Assembly (NCBI GenBank): GCA_964585295.1 | Contig: CAZPCY010000002.1 | Location: 102,745 to 166,744 of the forward strand | Source of the DNA: an uncultured Candidatus Poseidoniales archaeon | GTDB lineage: Archaea > Thermoplasmatota > Poseidoniia > Poseidoniales > Thalassarchaeaceae | Length of the DNA: 64,000 nucleotides | Direction of reading: 5' to 3' | Part shown: in pieces, positions 1-9,785 of the stretch | Numbering within the stretch: the first letter of the stretch is position 1 | Layout: every line of letters begins with the position of its first letter | The notes under the pieces: model-generated | Database searches by the model: none | Seen by the model: the letters and a program-made list of their open reading frames with translations, nothing else | Told to the model about the DNA's origin: nothing | Translations under genes and position numbers: made by a program

Positions 1-1
1 G

Positions 2-541
2 GAGATCCGTGTAGAATATCCCGGCATCGGGACCGAGTTCTACACGATGGATGCGATAGACGAGCGTGGTTGGAGAAGAGGTAGAACTGCGGCAGATAGT
101 GCACGAAACATCTCCTCAATCATCAATCGATTCAGTGCGCTAGTACATGCTCATTACGAGGAAGATAGCATCATTCTGGAAATCAGGGACCATGATCTAG
201 ATCCTTCATCTCTGGTGGTTTTTATCGATGATCCCGGTGGCAAGAACCTCTTGTTGGAAAGAGAAGGGGTTGTGATTGACATCGATGCAACAGAAACTAT
301 CGACGATTACCGAGAAATGGTCAGGATTGTCCTTGAAGACGGCGTCATCTCACCGAGCGAAGACGAACTTCTCTATCTGATGAGGCACAATCTAAGAATA
401 GACGATGGGACACATCTCGCAATCGTCCAACAACTGTTCGGTGACGATGCGAAGAAGGAGTGCCCTGCCTGCCATTCACTGACGCCGTTCTATCCTGCTG
501 ATGGGGCTTGGTGGTGTTCCAGTTGCGAATCATGGCTGTGA
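2..541 (+). CDS. Hypothetical protein (5'-truncated) with TerB-like helical segment and C-terminal Zn ribbon
   Basis: Frame is open from base 2 (EIRVEYPGIG...). Contains YREMVRIVLEDGVISPSEDELL, then CPAC...WWCSSC at the C-terminus. Confidence 0.7.
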   Translation, partial: EIRVEYPGIGTEFYTMDAIDERGWRRGRTAADSARNISSIINRFSALVHAHYEEDSIILEIRDHDLDPSSLVVFIDDPGGKNLLLEREGVVIDIDATETIDDYREMVRIVLEDGVISPSEDELLYLMRHNLRIDDGTHLAIVQQLFGDDAKKECPACHSLTPFYPADGAWWCSSCESWL

Positions 542-596
542 GTCTCCATCGACGCGCCCTCTAAATACCGAATCGGGATAGCCACGAATCACGGCG

Positions 597-1631
597 ATGA
601 ACATGGCAGACGAAGAGACTCTCTATATCGGCATCGATCTCGGCACTTTTCGTTCCGTACTGACCTCTAGCATTGGCCATGAGGAACAGGTGCTCACGGT
701 CGCTGGAACTCCGAAGGATCCCATCGCCCGCAATTTCCTTCGAAAGGATGTACTGTTCGGTGAAGAGGCCCTGAAGAACCGGCTAGCTCTGGATCTATAT
801 CGACCTCTGGAACACGGCGTCATAAAGGACACACCGGAAGATCGGAAATTCATTGCCCATTTCATCAATCACCTGATTGGACTTTCGAATCCAGAGGACT
901 ACGATAGAGTCGTTGCCGTCATTGGTGCACCTGCAGAAGCTAGTTTCACGGACCAATCAGCCATCTTCGACGCAGCCAGCGGCGCCGTGAATGCTGCCAT
1001 GATTGTCTCGGAGCCCTTCGCCGTAGCCTACGCACTCGATATGATTGGCCACACCATCGTTATTGACATCGGTGCGGGGACCTGTGACGTTGCACGGGTG
1101 TACGGAACCATTCCTGGACCTGGCGATCAGATGCACACATCGTTCGCTGGAGACCACATTGACAATTGTCTCATCGAAGAGATTCAGAAGAAGTACTCTG
1201 GTGCCCAGATTACCAAAGACATGGCGAGACGCTGGAAGCAGCAATACTCCTTCGTCAGCAACGCGGAATCCGATGAACCGATCATAGTTGATTTCAGCAT
1301 CGATGGAAAGGCGATGAGTCTCGACATAACGGACTGCGTAAGAACCGCTTGCGAGAGCATCGTCGGTCCGATAATAGCCAATGTAAAAGCACTCATATCA
1401 TCCAGTAATCCGGAATACCACGATGATTTCCGAAGGAACATCATCCTAGCCGGTGGTGGTTCGGGAATCAAGGGTCTGAATTTGATGATTGAAGACCGGA
1501 TGGCCGATTTCGGTGAAGTCCAGGTACATGTGGTGGATGATCCCGTGATGCTGGGTGCCTTGGGAGGCCTACGCCTCTCGATGGAGGTCCCAGAGGACAT
1601 GTGGGACTCATTGACTCTGGCACATAGATAA
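597..1631 (+). CDS. Actin-fold ATPase, MamK/salactin-like (MreB superfamily)
   Basis: Phosphate-1 IGIDLGT, connector VSEPFAVAY, phosphate-2 VIDIGAGTCD, adenosine IILAGGGSGIKGL; GTIPGPGDQ resembles the MamK segment GTVPGPEDQ. Confidence 0.9.
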   Translation: MNMADEETLYIGIDLGTFRSVLTSSIGHEEQVLTVAGTPKDPIARNFLRKDVLFGEEALKNRLALDLYRPLEHGVIKDTPEDRKFIAHFINHLIGLSNPEDYDRVVAVIGAPAEASFTDQSAIFDAASGAVNAAMIVSEPFAVAYALDMIGHTIVIDIGAGTCDVARVYGTIPGPGDQMHTSFAGDHIDNCLIEEIQKKYSGAQITKDMARRWKQQYSFVSNAESDEPIIVDFSIDGKAMSLDITDCVRTACESIVGPIIANVKALISSSNPEYHDDFRRNIILAGGGSGIKGLNLMIEDRMADFGEVQVHVVDDPVMLGALGGLRLSMEVPEDMWDSLTLAHR

Positions 1632-1679
1632 TCAGGAATGATTTGCCAGATCCTGACTGGCATCCATCCTGACTATCCA

Positions 1680-2249
1680 TCATTCCGATTCTTGCGATGA
1701 TATCACGAGCGAGCCTCTGCAGTGTGGACAGGCATCCCCATGTCCCAGGGAACTGGGCACCACTGCCAACAGACTGGTACAGTGAGGGCAGATTGCCCTC
1801 TGTTCATCAAGCCTCAGCACACCTTCGCGTTGCAACATGCTGGGAGCGCCGGAATCATACCATTTCTGGAACCTCTCGTCACTTATCGTCTCCAGCCTCA
1901 GCAACGAATGCAAACCGAGAATGGAAAGGAGCAGGCCCTCTAGGGTTCTGCTATTCGCCCCTTCGATTCGGAGAGTATCAATTGTAATCTCCACTCCAGC
2001 CGCGATTAACATGGTTCCGAACCAGACAAGCGCAATTCCGACGAGCCTCAAGCCCCTAGGTTGCCGCCTCCTGAATGAAGACCAACTTATCATGGTGAAA
2101 ACGAATGCCAATGCCCATATTGCCCCTGGTATGACTTTGACTCCGTCTGGGTTCCATGGACGAGCCACCAATGTTCCCAACAGAATGTCAATGAGTAGAA
2201 GCAACCGGACATGTCTGTGAATGGATGACAGGACCTCCTCGCCCTCCAT
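1680..2249 (-). CDS. Multi-pass membrane protein with C-terminal Zn ribbon
   Basis: About 4 hydrophobic helices, then CPHC...CPHC. Start moved to ATG 2249 to avoid overlap with coaBC. Confidence 0.65.
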   Translation of the reverse strand: MEGEEVLSSIHRHVRLLLLIDILLGTLVARPWNPDGVKVIPGAIWALAFVFTMISWSSFRRRQPRGLRLVGIALVWFGTMLIAAGVEITIDTLRIEGANSRTLEGLLLSILGLHSLLRLETISDERFQKWYDSGAPSMLQREGVLRLDEQRAICPHCTSLLAVVPSSLGHGDACPHCRGSLVISSQESE

Positions 2250-2331
2250 CCTTCTCTCGGACACTGATTGAGCACATGTGCATTCCCCACCGACGGCCTG
2301 ATGAGGGGGCCACCTCTGGCTCAATTCACTC

Positions 2332-3516
2332 ATGCCAAGAGACATCGATGTCGACCACGAAAGCACCGCATTGCACGGGAAGAGAATCCTCTTCGGTGTC
2401 ACCGGAGGAATCGCAGCCGTCGAAGCGATCCGTGTAGGTCGGGAATTGCGTCGGCATGGTGCAACGATCCATGTCATCATGACTGAGTCTGCAAGTGAGG
2501 TGATCAGTCCATTGGCTCTAGAATGGTCTACTCAATCAGTTGTAGACGTTGCTTGGAAAGGTACGATGCCTCAACTTCAGGGATTCGATGGAGTTCTTAT
2601 CGCACCAGCGACGAGGAACACCATCTCAAAACATCTGGCAGGTATTCTAGATTCACCATTGTTGATGGCTTTGTCTAAAGCGAGAACGAATGGGACTCCG
2701 ATGCTGTTTGTTCCTTCGATGCACGATGATCTCTTCGATGACCCAGTTACTTTGGAATCACTCGAATTATTGGCAAAAGAGGGGGCCTCCCACCTGTTCA
2801 CAGAGAGTGAAGAGGGGAGGCGAAAACAGCCATCATCAAAGACAATCGTCGCTCGGTTGTGCAATATCGTCAATTCCCGTCAAGCGGAAAGGAAGAGAAT
2901 CATAGTTACGCTCGGGGGTAACAGAGCACCGATCGATGATGTCAGGGATCTCAGGAACTATTCAACAGGAGGAACTGGTTGGAGGGTCGCTGATTATCTC
3001 CACCGTTCAGGCCATGTAGTTACCTGTATCGTAGGCACAGTGGATAGCGAACCAGTACATGGCGACTTGGACCTGGTCCATGCGAAGACACATTCAGAGA
3101 TGGGCGCGGCTATACAATCGTACTCTTCGGAGGAAATCGATGCATGGATCCTAGCCGCTGCGGTCTTGGACTATTATCCCGAACTAAAGGAAGGGAAAAT
3201 GGCATCAGGAGAAAAGGAACTGATGATACGACTTCTACCAAATGAGAAATTAATCGATGACATTTCTGCGTCCTCACCTAAATCAATCCGAATTGGCTTC
3301 AAGTTGGAAGTTGGTATCTCCGATGAAGAACTTGTTCGTAGAGCTCGTGAACAGCTCGATAGAACCGGGAATCTGGCAGTTGTCGCTAATCATCTTCGCG
3401 GAGTACAAGGTGAAGGGTCGAGAGCAATCCTCGTATCGAATGATGTATTCACCCACCTTGACGACATGGTAGCCGTTTGTGAAGCGATAGAGGGCCTCAT
3501 TGTGGCAACACATTGA
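2332..3516 (+). CDS. coaBC: Bifunctional phosphopantothenoylcysteine decarboxylase/ligase
   Basis: GVTGGIAA, IAPATRNTISK, PSMH, PIDDVRDLRNYSTGGTG, AAAVLDY, IGFKLE motifs. Confidence 0.95.
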   Translation: MPRDIDVDHESTALHGKRILFGVTGGIAAVEAIRVGRELRRHGATIHVIMTESASEVISPLALEWSTQSVVDVAWKGTMPQLQGFDGVLIAPATRNTISKHLAGILDSPLLMALSKARTNGTPMLFVPSMHDDLFDDPVTLESLELLAKEGASHLFTESEEGRRKQPSSKTIVARLCNIVNSRQAERKRIIVTLGGNRAPIDDVRDLRNYSTGGTGWRVADYLHRSGHVVTCIVGTVDSEPVHGDLDLVHAKTHSEMGAAIQSYSSEEIDAWILAAAVLDYYPELKEGKMASGEKELMIRLLPNEKLIDDISASSPKSIRIGFKLEVGISDEELVRRAREQLDRTGNLAVVANHLRGVQGEGSRAILVSNDVFTHLDDMVAVCEAIEGLIVATH

Positions 3517-5045
3517 AGCAACGGTCACAGGCGACAAGTGAACGAGTTGGTCCTATGTCGGGGGGAGAGCGAGCGAAGCGCGGTATCCCCGAGAAGTCTG
3601 ATTTCAACGCTTGGTATCCTGCCATAGTTGAGATAGCGGATCTCGTAGATAAGAGGTATCCAATCAAGGGCATGGATGTCTGGAGGCCATATGGATGGAA
3701 GGCGATGGGGCACATCGATTCTCTAACCCGCAGGGAGATGGAGAGAACTGGCCATGATGAAGTCAGATTCCCGATGCTTATTCCAGAGGACCTTCTCCTT
3801 AAGGAAAACCGCTTGGTTGCTCGTTTGAAGCGCGCACGTGAAGAAGGTGTGGATCCATCAGAATTAAGGGGCGAGGAAGACGAAACTGGATTCGCTTCTG
3901 AAGTTTATTGGGTACGGCACGCAGGGGAGAATGAACTCGATGTCCCGATGTTTCTTCGTCCAACATCTGAGACGGCGATGTACACAATGTTCCCTCTGTG
4001 GGTGAGAAGTCATGCGGATTTGCCTTTGAAGACCTATCAAATTGTCAACACCTTCCGATACGAGACGAAACAGACGCGATCGTTCATCAGGGTGAGGGAG
4101 ATTCACTTCTTTGAAGCCCACACTGCACATGTAGACGAGGAGGATGCGACAAGACAGATCGCGGAAGATCTAGAGATGGTTAACCGAATCATGCATGATC
4201 TCTGCCTCCCAGTCATCATCTCCAAACGACCGGTATGGGATACATTCCCTGGTGCCTGGTACACGATTGCAATCGATGTACTGATGCCTAACGGTAGAAC
4301 GTTGCAAGTTGCATCATGCCACCATTATAGGGATCAATGGGCTGAGGCGTTCGATCTTACATACGAAGATCAGGAAGGACAACAGCAACACTGCCATCAG
4401 ACCACCTACGGCATGTCTGAGAGACTCCTAGGAGCGGTTGTCGGCATCCATGGAGACGATGCAGGACTCATAATGCCGCCAGCCATTGCACCATACCAAG
4501 TAGTTGTCATCCCGATAGCGCCTCATGCAGATGACGCTGTGCTTGAAACCGCGAATCATATCGCCAAGTCGCTCAAGGATGATGGATTGAGGGTCCACGT
4601 CGATGATAGAGATTTGAGGCCTGGCTCGAAATACTTCGATTGGGAGATCAAAGGTGTGCCACTTCGACTCGACATCGGACCGCGGGACATCGCCGCGGAA
4701 TGTGCACTGGCCACTGACAGAATGGGGCGAAAAGAATCAATTCCACTCGATGGAATAGCCCAATCAGTCACCGAGCGACTCGATGAGATTTCAGATGAAC
4801 TACGGAAAAGAGCCAATGAATCAGTCCGAGCCAGCATCACTTCGATTGGTGACCTGAGTGAAGTTCAGGAAGGATTCGTCCATGAAGTAGCATTCGATGG
4901 TACAGATTCCGATGCCGAGAATCTAGAGAAGAGCACTGGTCTCACGATTCTCGGAGATTCCTTCGAAGAATACGCGAAAGAGAGGCCTTGCATCATGACT
5001 GGGAAGATGACACGACGAAGGCAGCACATAGCCAAGATGTACTGA
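3513..5045 (+). CDS. proS: Prolyl-tRNA synthetase, archaeal/eukaryotic type
   Basis: LRPTSET, FRYETKQTRSFIRVREIHFFEAH, YGMSERLLG, WEIKGVPLR and C-terminal Tyr. True start is probably ATG 3555. Confidence 0.97.
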   Translation: MKQRSQATSERVGPMSGGERAKRGIPEKSDFNAWYPAIVEIADLVDKRYPIKGMDVWRPYGWKAMGHIDSLTRREMERTGHDEVRFPMLIPEDLLLKENRLVARLKRAREEGVDPSELRGEEDETGFASEVYWVRHAGENELDVPMFLRPTSETAMYTMFPLWVRSHADLPLKTYQIVNTFRYETKQTRSFIRVREIHFFEAHTAHVDEEDATRQIAEDLEMVNRIMHDLCLPVIISKRPVWDTFPGAWYTIAIDVLMPNGRTLQVASCHHYRDQWAEAFDLTYEDQEGQQQHCHQTTYGMSERLLGAVVGIHGDDAGLIMPPAIAPYQVVVIPIAPHADDAVLETANHIAKSLKDDGLRVHVDDRDLRPGSKYFDWEIKGVPLRLDIGPRDIAAECALATDRMGRKESIPLDGIAQSVTERLDEISDELRKRANESVRASITSIGDLSEVQEGFVHEVAFDGTDSDAENLEKSTGLTILGDSFEEYAKERPCIMTGKMTRRRQHIAKMY

Positions 5046-5072
5046 ATTATCTTAGATGGGTTTGTGGTTCCA

Positions 5073-5606
5073 TCAAGAACGGCGTCGGCGTAGGCCGAAC
5101 AACATGGTCAATAGTCCGCCTGCTAGTAATCCGTAATCGACAACTCCGAACGCGCCTAATTCACTCCATCCATACTCCGTGGACATTTGAGTTGCGCTGA
5201 GGATGTTCAGTTTCAACCTACTAGGTGAACAAGATCCGCATGTGCTTAGCACCGATCCAACCCCCATGAAAACATTGAACAGATCGAAGGCTATTACAGT
5301 CGAACCCAGAGCTATCAGCAACGGCCTTCTACCTTTGGAGTTGGATTTCATCTGGATTACTGGCTCGGTTGGTGGCAGAGGAAGTGGAGCCGGTTCCTTT
5401 ACCTCGACACTGGTGACCTCAACGATCTCTGTTCTGACTTCATCCACATCATCCTCAATCGGATCTTCGCCAATCGCTTCACGGATTCCATCACCATAGA
5501 TTCTCAGTGCGAGACTACGGAGTATTGGATCATCTCTTATGTCCGAGAGCTCCTCACTTGAGAGCGTCCCATCGAGGAGGTCGCGCAGCCGCTCGTCCTC
5601 GCTCAT
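5073..5606 (-). CDS. Hypothetical membrane protein (two TM helices)
   Basis: Acidic N-terminus, two hydrophobic segments, basic RRRRS tail; fills the gap between proS and transketolase. Confidence 0.65.
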   Translation of the reverse strand: MSEDERLRDLLDGTLSSEELSDIRDDPILRSLALRIYGDGIREAIGEDPIEDDVDEVRTEIVEVTSVEVKEPAPLPLPPTEPVIQMKSNSKGRRPLLIALGSTVIAFDLFNVFMGVGSVLSTCGSCSPSRLKLNILSATQMSTEYGWSELGAFGVVDYGLLAGGLLTMLFGLRRRRS

Positions 5607-5672
5607 CCAAACCCCTCGCCGTCGGCGATTCGACCGGCCTTCATGAAGGCATTGACGGGTCGGAGCAGATCT

Positions 5673-6620
5673 TCAGGACGAATCTCTACGAGTCATCGCC
5701 CTCTCGACGGCATTCTGAATGTGGGCCTTCGTCAGCCCGTATTCCTCCATCAGCGAATCGGAATCACCTGACTGCCCGAATCGATCTATCACGCCTACCC
5801 GTTCCAATGGTACTGGATGGTTCGTCACCAATGCTTCTGCGACAGCACCCCCGAGTCCCCCGATTATGCTGTGGTCTTCAGCAGTTACCAAACATCCACA
5901 TCTACGTGCAATCGAATCTAGAGTTGCTTCATCGAGTGGTTTGATGGTGTGGGCATCAACCACGGTCGCTTCGATTCCGCGAGTGGCCAATTCTTCCGCC
6001 GCATCCAATGCTTCCGCTACCATAACGCCGCATGCGATGATTCCAACATCCCCCCCTTCTCGGAGTATAGAGAACTCACCGATTCTCAGGTTCTTCGCCT
6101 GTTCCTCATTATAGATCCTCCTTGTTGCATTACGAACTGTCCTAGTATAGGATGGCTCGTTATAGGTGCGGAGTCTAAGCGTCAACCACTCTGTGGCCAG
6201 ATCATCCGCAGGATGAAGTACGGTAACTTTCGGTAATGTTCGATAAATCGCAAGATCTTCGATGGATTGAGCGCTGGATCCATCGGTTCCAGTATGGATT
6301 CCGCCGTGACTGCCACAGATGTGAACTGGTAATCCTGGTCTGGCGATACCATTGCGAACCTGTTCAAATGCCCTCTCGGTGAAAATGGCGAAAGTGGATA
6401 CGAATGGCGTTTTTCCTGACGAGGATAGACCGGCCGCGACAAGCATCATGTTCTGTTCAGCGATTCCTATAGAGAAGGTCCTATCGGGATTCTGATTCCT
6501 GAAATGACAACTCTTCGTCGATTTACCCAAATCGGCCTCAAGAACAACGACATCGGGATCCGAGGTCATGCGAAGCAGAGCGCGGCCATAGCCATCCCTG
6601 CTTGCGGCTCTGATTGTCAT
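5673..6620 (-). CDS. Transketolase C-terminal subunit
   Basis: GIAEQNM, DGSSAQSIEDLA, TIKPLD, EDHSIIGGLG. Confidence 0.93.
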   Translation of the reverse strand: MTIRAASRDGYGRALLRMTSDPDVVVLEADLGKSTKSCHFRNQNPDRTFSIGIAEQNMMLVAAGLSSSGKTPFVSTFAIFTERAFEQVRNGIARPGLPVHICGSHGGIHTGTDGSSAQSIEDLAIYRTLPKVTVLHPADDLATEWLTLRLRTYNEPSYTRTVRNATRRIYNEEQAKNLRIGEFSILREGGDVGIIACGVMVAEALDAAEELATRGIEATVVDAHTIKPLDEATLDSIARRCGCLVTAEDHSIIGGLGGAVAEALVTNHPVPLERVGVIDRFGQSGDSDSLMEEYGLTKAHIQNAVERAMTRRDSS

Positions 6621-7462
6621 GAGAGCTCCTCCATAGCTAACCTGTATTCCTCATCATTTGGGGATTTGCCATGGAACGAGGGATCATCCTCCATGAAAGA
6701 AACACCCTTTCCCTTGACAGTGTGAGCGATGATGGCAGTTGGCCTACCAATCTCCTGGCTCCAGTGCAAGGAGTCGATTATCTCACGCATGTCATGGCCA
6801 TTAATCTCCACAACAGCCCAACCGAAGGCCTCCCACTTAGCAGCAAGATCACCCATCCTCATCTGTCGTTCGATGTGATCATCGTTCTGAATCCTGTTTC
6901 TGTCAACAATCACATGCAGGTTTTCTAACTCGTGGTGAACTGCAGACATGGCCGCTTCCCAGATTTCACCCTCCTGACATTCGCCATCACCGAGAATCGA
7001 CCAAATCTGGCGTTGGGAACCATCCATACGCGCCGCCAGTGCGCAGCCGACCCCGAATGAGAGTCCCATTCCAAGTGAACCGGCTGAGAAGTCGACTCCG
7101 GGTGTCCAGTTCATGTCGACATGTCCTTGACAAACACCACCCATGCACCGGTAGGTCAACAGGTCCGATTCGTTCAGGTACCCTCTGGCCCTCAGAGCAG
7201 CGTACATGGCAGGACTGGCGTGGCCTTTGGAGAGAATCAGGCGGTCTCTATCGGGATGATCCGGATTGGATGTAGATACTCGCAATTGGGTTCCATACAA
7301 TCCGATTAGAATGTCAATGACGCTGAGGCTCCCTCCGGGGTGGCCAGCCTTCGCCCTATACACCATGTCAACTATGTCTCGGCGAGACTGCAATGCGGTG
7401 AGTTCCAATTCTTCAAATCCGAGACTCATGGTTCGGAGTCCATCACCCTTCTCGATGGTCAT
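6617..7462 (-). CDS. Transketolase N-terminal subunit
   Basis: GHPGGSLS, DRLILSKGH, TPP motif GDGECQEG...N, HTVKGKG; overlaps the C-terminal subunit gene by 4 bp. Confidence 0.95.
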   Translation of the reverse strand: MTIEKGDGLRTMSLGFEELELTALQSRRDIVDMVYRAKAGHPGGSLSVIDILIGLYGTQLRVSTSNPDHPDRDRLILSKGHASPAMYAALRARGYLNESDLLTYRCMGGVCQGHVDMNWTPGVDFSAGSLGMGLSFGVGCALAARMDGSQRQIWSILGDGECQEGEIWEAAMSAVHHELENLHVIVDRNRIQNDDHIERQMRMGDLAAKWEAFGWAVVEINGHDMREIIDSLHWSQEIGRPTAIIAHTVKGKGVSFMEDDPSFHGKSPNDEEYRLAMEELS

Positions 7463-7552
7463 CGTCAGTTCTCCTAATCAACTGGCCTTTGATGATTGTC
7501 CTTCAATTCTGGATGTAACTATGGATGATGACTTGCTCAATGGATTGAATAA

Positions 7553-9694
7553 TCAACCGTCTGGCTCCACCGTCTTAATCTTGTCAATAACATTCCTCAA
7601 TCCTTGCCAAGTGACTACAAACCAATCCCACAATAGTGCTGTTGCACCGAACCTTGCGTATAATGGCCTGAAGTCCGAGTTCCGATCATCACCACCCCTT
7701 GGTAAGGATCTGGTAGCCAAGAGAACGAAAACACCTACGAACCATCCGAAGAACAAAATCGATACCAGCGACCCTAGCATTCCCATCGGGAAGCCAATCG
7801 CTTCCCCCCACTCCCATGGCATGGGGATCATGCCGCCGGTAACATTCGAGATCACGATGAACGCTGCGACGACGACTCCCATCAGCGCCTCTCCTGCTAT
7901 GAGTCCTGCTGCCAATAGAACCCCCCTATCATTCACTTTCGACGCAAGTTTTCTCGCCTCCTCCGTTGGTTCCTTGGAGATAGAACCATCTTTTCGGAGT
8001 CGCGCGGTCCCTGTCACCAAAGCCGCGATTGCTCCACCGATGACAATCGTCGTAGAGAGTTGCATCGGAAGATAGATTCCTATCGCGACTGGCATTACTG
8101 GCAATCCCTTCCAGATGAGGAATGTTGCGATCAGGAATCCCAAAGCGACCATCGGGGTATTCACGGACCCTCCGAAGAATCCCTGGATCAATGCGCCGAT
8201 CAACTCAGCCTGCGGAGCGAGCAAAGCGTGATCGCAGGCCGCCATATTCCCACCAGGTGGATCTGTCATGCAGTGCGTCTTCGTGATTCGAAAGGCATCA
8301 TTCAGGAGCACTACGGTGATTGGTGCGATTACGGCACCTGTGAGGACGCCTGCAACCTCTGCTACCTGTTGCTTCCAAGGAGTCGCCCCGACTAGATAAC
8401 CAGTCTTGAGATCCTGCATGACATCTCCTGCGATCGCGGCGTTGACAGCGACGATAGAGGCGATTAGCAGCGTGGCGTACATCAGGGATCGGGAATCCAA
8501 ACCCAATACGAGGTCTCCGACCAACCAAACTAGAAGGCTGGTAGCCATCAAAGTCGCTATGGTCATGCCTGAAACAGGGGAATTGGATGAACCTACGACT
8601 CCGGCGATGTAGCCGGCTACGGCGCTGAAGAAGAATGCTACACCGGCTAGGAACAAGGTTCCAACTAACGCTAACAGGAAGGAACCTATTCGGACCCAGT
8701 AGAAAGCGAACGTGAGAATCGCTATCACTGCGCAGACGATTAATGTCTTCTTGATATCGATGTCCTGATCCATCCTATCCAACGAATCCGTGGAAGAACC
8801 GGATGAGGCGGACAACGCTTTGGCCAAGCCTACCTTGATCGTTGACCTCAATTCGAATAATGTCCAAACCCCACCCACTACCATCGCACCAACACCTACG
8901 AACCGTATGTGTTCACTCCAGAGCAGCATGAAGGAATCGGTGGCTCCCACGCCAGCAGGCCATCCTTGTATTGATCCGAGCAGTGGGACCAAGACGACGA
9001 ATCCAATGAATCCGCCTAGGAAGATATAGGATGCTATCCTCAGACCGACGATGAATCCTACCGACAACAGTGCTAGTGAGAGATCAAAACCCATGTAGAT
9101 ACGAGTGCCCACGACCTCAACCGCTCCTTCGACATGGGAATGGACAATTCTGAAACCCTTCACTACCCAACCGTACATCGCACCAAGAACTAGGGCATAG
9201 AGAATGGCGATCAATCCTGAGCCGCCGCGTTCTCCAGCCTCTAAAACTTCTCGACAGGCTACACCTTCAGGGTATGGAAGTGGTTCCTCAACAATGAAGA
9301 CACGACGCAATGTAATCGTGAACATCGTGCCTAGGACACCTCCCAAGACCGCGATACAGAACGTTTCAAACAGATCGATTCCCATCCCCATCACCAGAAG
9401 TGCTGGCACAGTGAAGATGACCCCTGCGGCGAGGCTCTCACCAGCTGAAGCCATGGTTTGCACGATGTTGTTCTCCTGAATCGAGACATCCTCAAGACGT
9501 AAAACACCTCGAAGAACTATCATCGATAGCACCGCAGCGGGGATAGAGGCACTCACTGTCATTCCCAGTTGGAGACCTAGATACGTGTTAGCAGCCGTCA
9601 GAAGTGCACCGAGAACTACTCCAACCGCCAAGGCTCGAAGTGTCAATTCGTACGGCCCGTCGCTACGGCCGAACTCGATACGCTCGGTCATCAA
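7553..9694 (-). CDS. OPT-family oligopeptide transporter
   Basis: ELTLRAL, ANTYLGLQLGMTVSASIPAAV, ENNIVQT, LPYPEG, SNSPVSG, MQDLKTG. Confidence 0.93.
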   Translation of the reverse strand: MMTERIEFGRSDGPYELTLRALAVGVVLGALLTAANTYLGLQLGMTVSASIPAAVLSMIVLRGVLRLEDVSIQENNIVQTMASAGESLAAGVIFTVPALLVMGMGIDLFETFCIAVLGGVLGTMFTITLRRVFIVEEPLPYPEGVACREVLEAGERGGSGLIAILYALVLGAMYGWVVKGFRIVHSHVEGAVEVVGTRIYMGFDLSLALLSVGFIVGLRIASYIFLGGFIGFVVLVPLLGSIQGWPAGVGATDSFMLLWSEHIRFVGVGAMVVGGVWTLFELRSTIKVGLAKALSASSGSSTDSLDRMDQDIDIKKTLIVCAVIAILTFAFYWVRIGSFLLALVGTLFLAGVAFFFSAVAGYIAGVVGSSNSPVSGMTIATLMATSLLVWLVGDLVLGLDSRSLMYATLLIASIVAVNAAIAGDVMQDLKTGYLVGATPWKQQVAEVAGVLTGAVIAPITVVLLNDAFRITKTHCMTDPPGGNMAACDHALLAPQAELIGALIQGFFGGSVNTPMVALGFLIATFLIWKGLPVMPVAIGIYLPMQLSTTIVIGGAIAALVTGTARLRKDGSISKEPTEEARKLASKVNDRGVLLAAGLIAGEALMGVVVAAFIVISNVTGGMIPMPWEWGEAIGFPMGMLGSLVSILFFGWFVGVFVLLATRSLPRGGDDRNSDFRPLYARFGATALLWDWFVVTWQGLRNVIDKIKTVEPDG

Positions 9695-9785
9695 TCAAGC
9701 GAGACACATCTTGGATATGGGTTCTCCGACATAGGAATGCAACCCTGATTGTCAAATAGGGTTCCTCGACTCGCAGGCTGCGTAC

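Noticed and set aside
597..1631. Magnetosome island implied by a MamK-like gene
   Set aside because: No mamA/B/E/M/Q-like or iron-transport genes nearby; the flanks are housekeeping and hypothetical genes.
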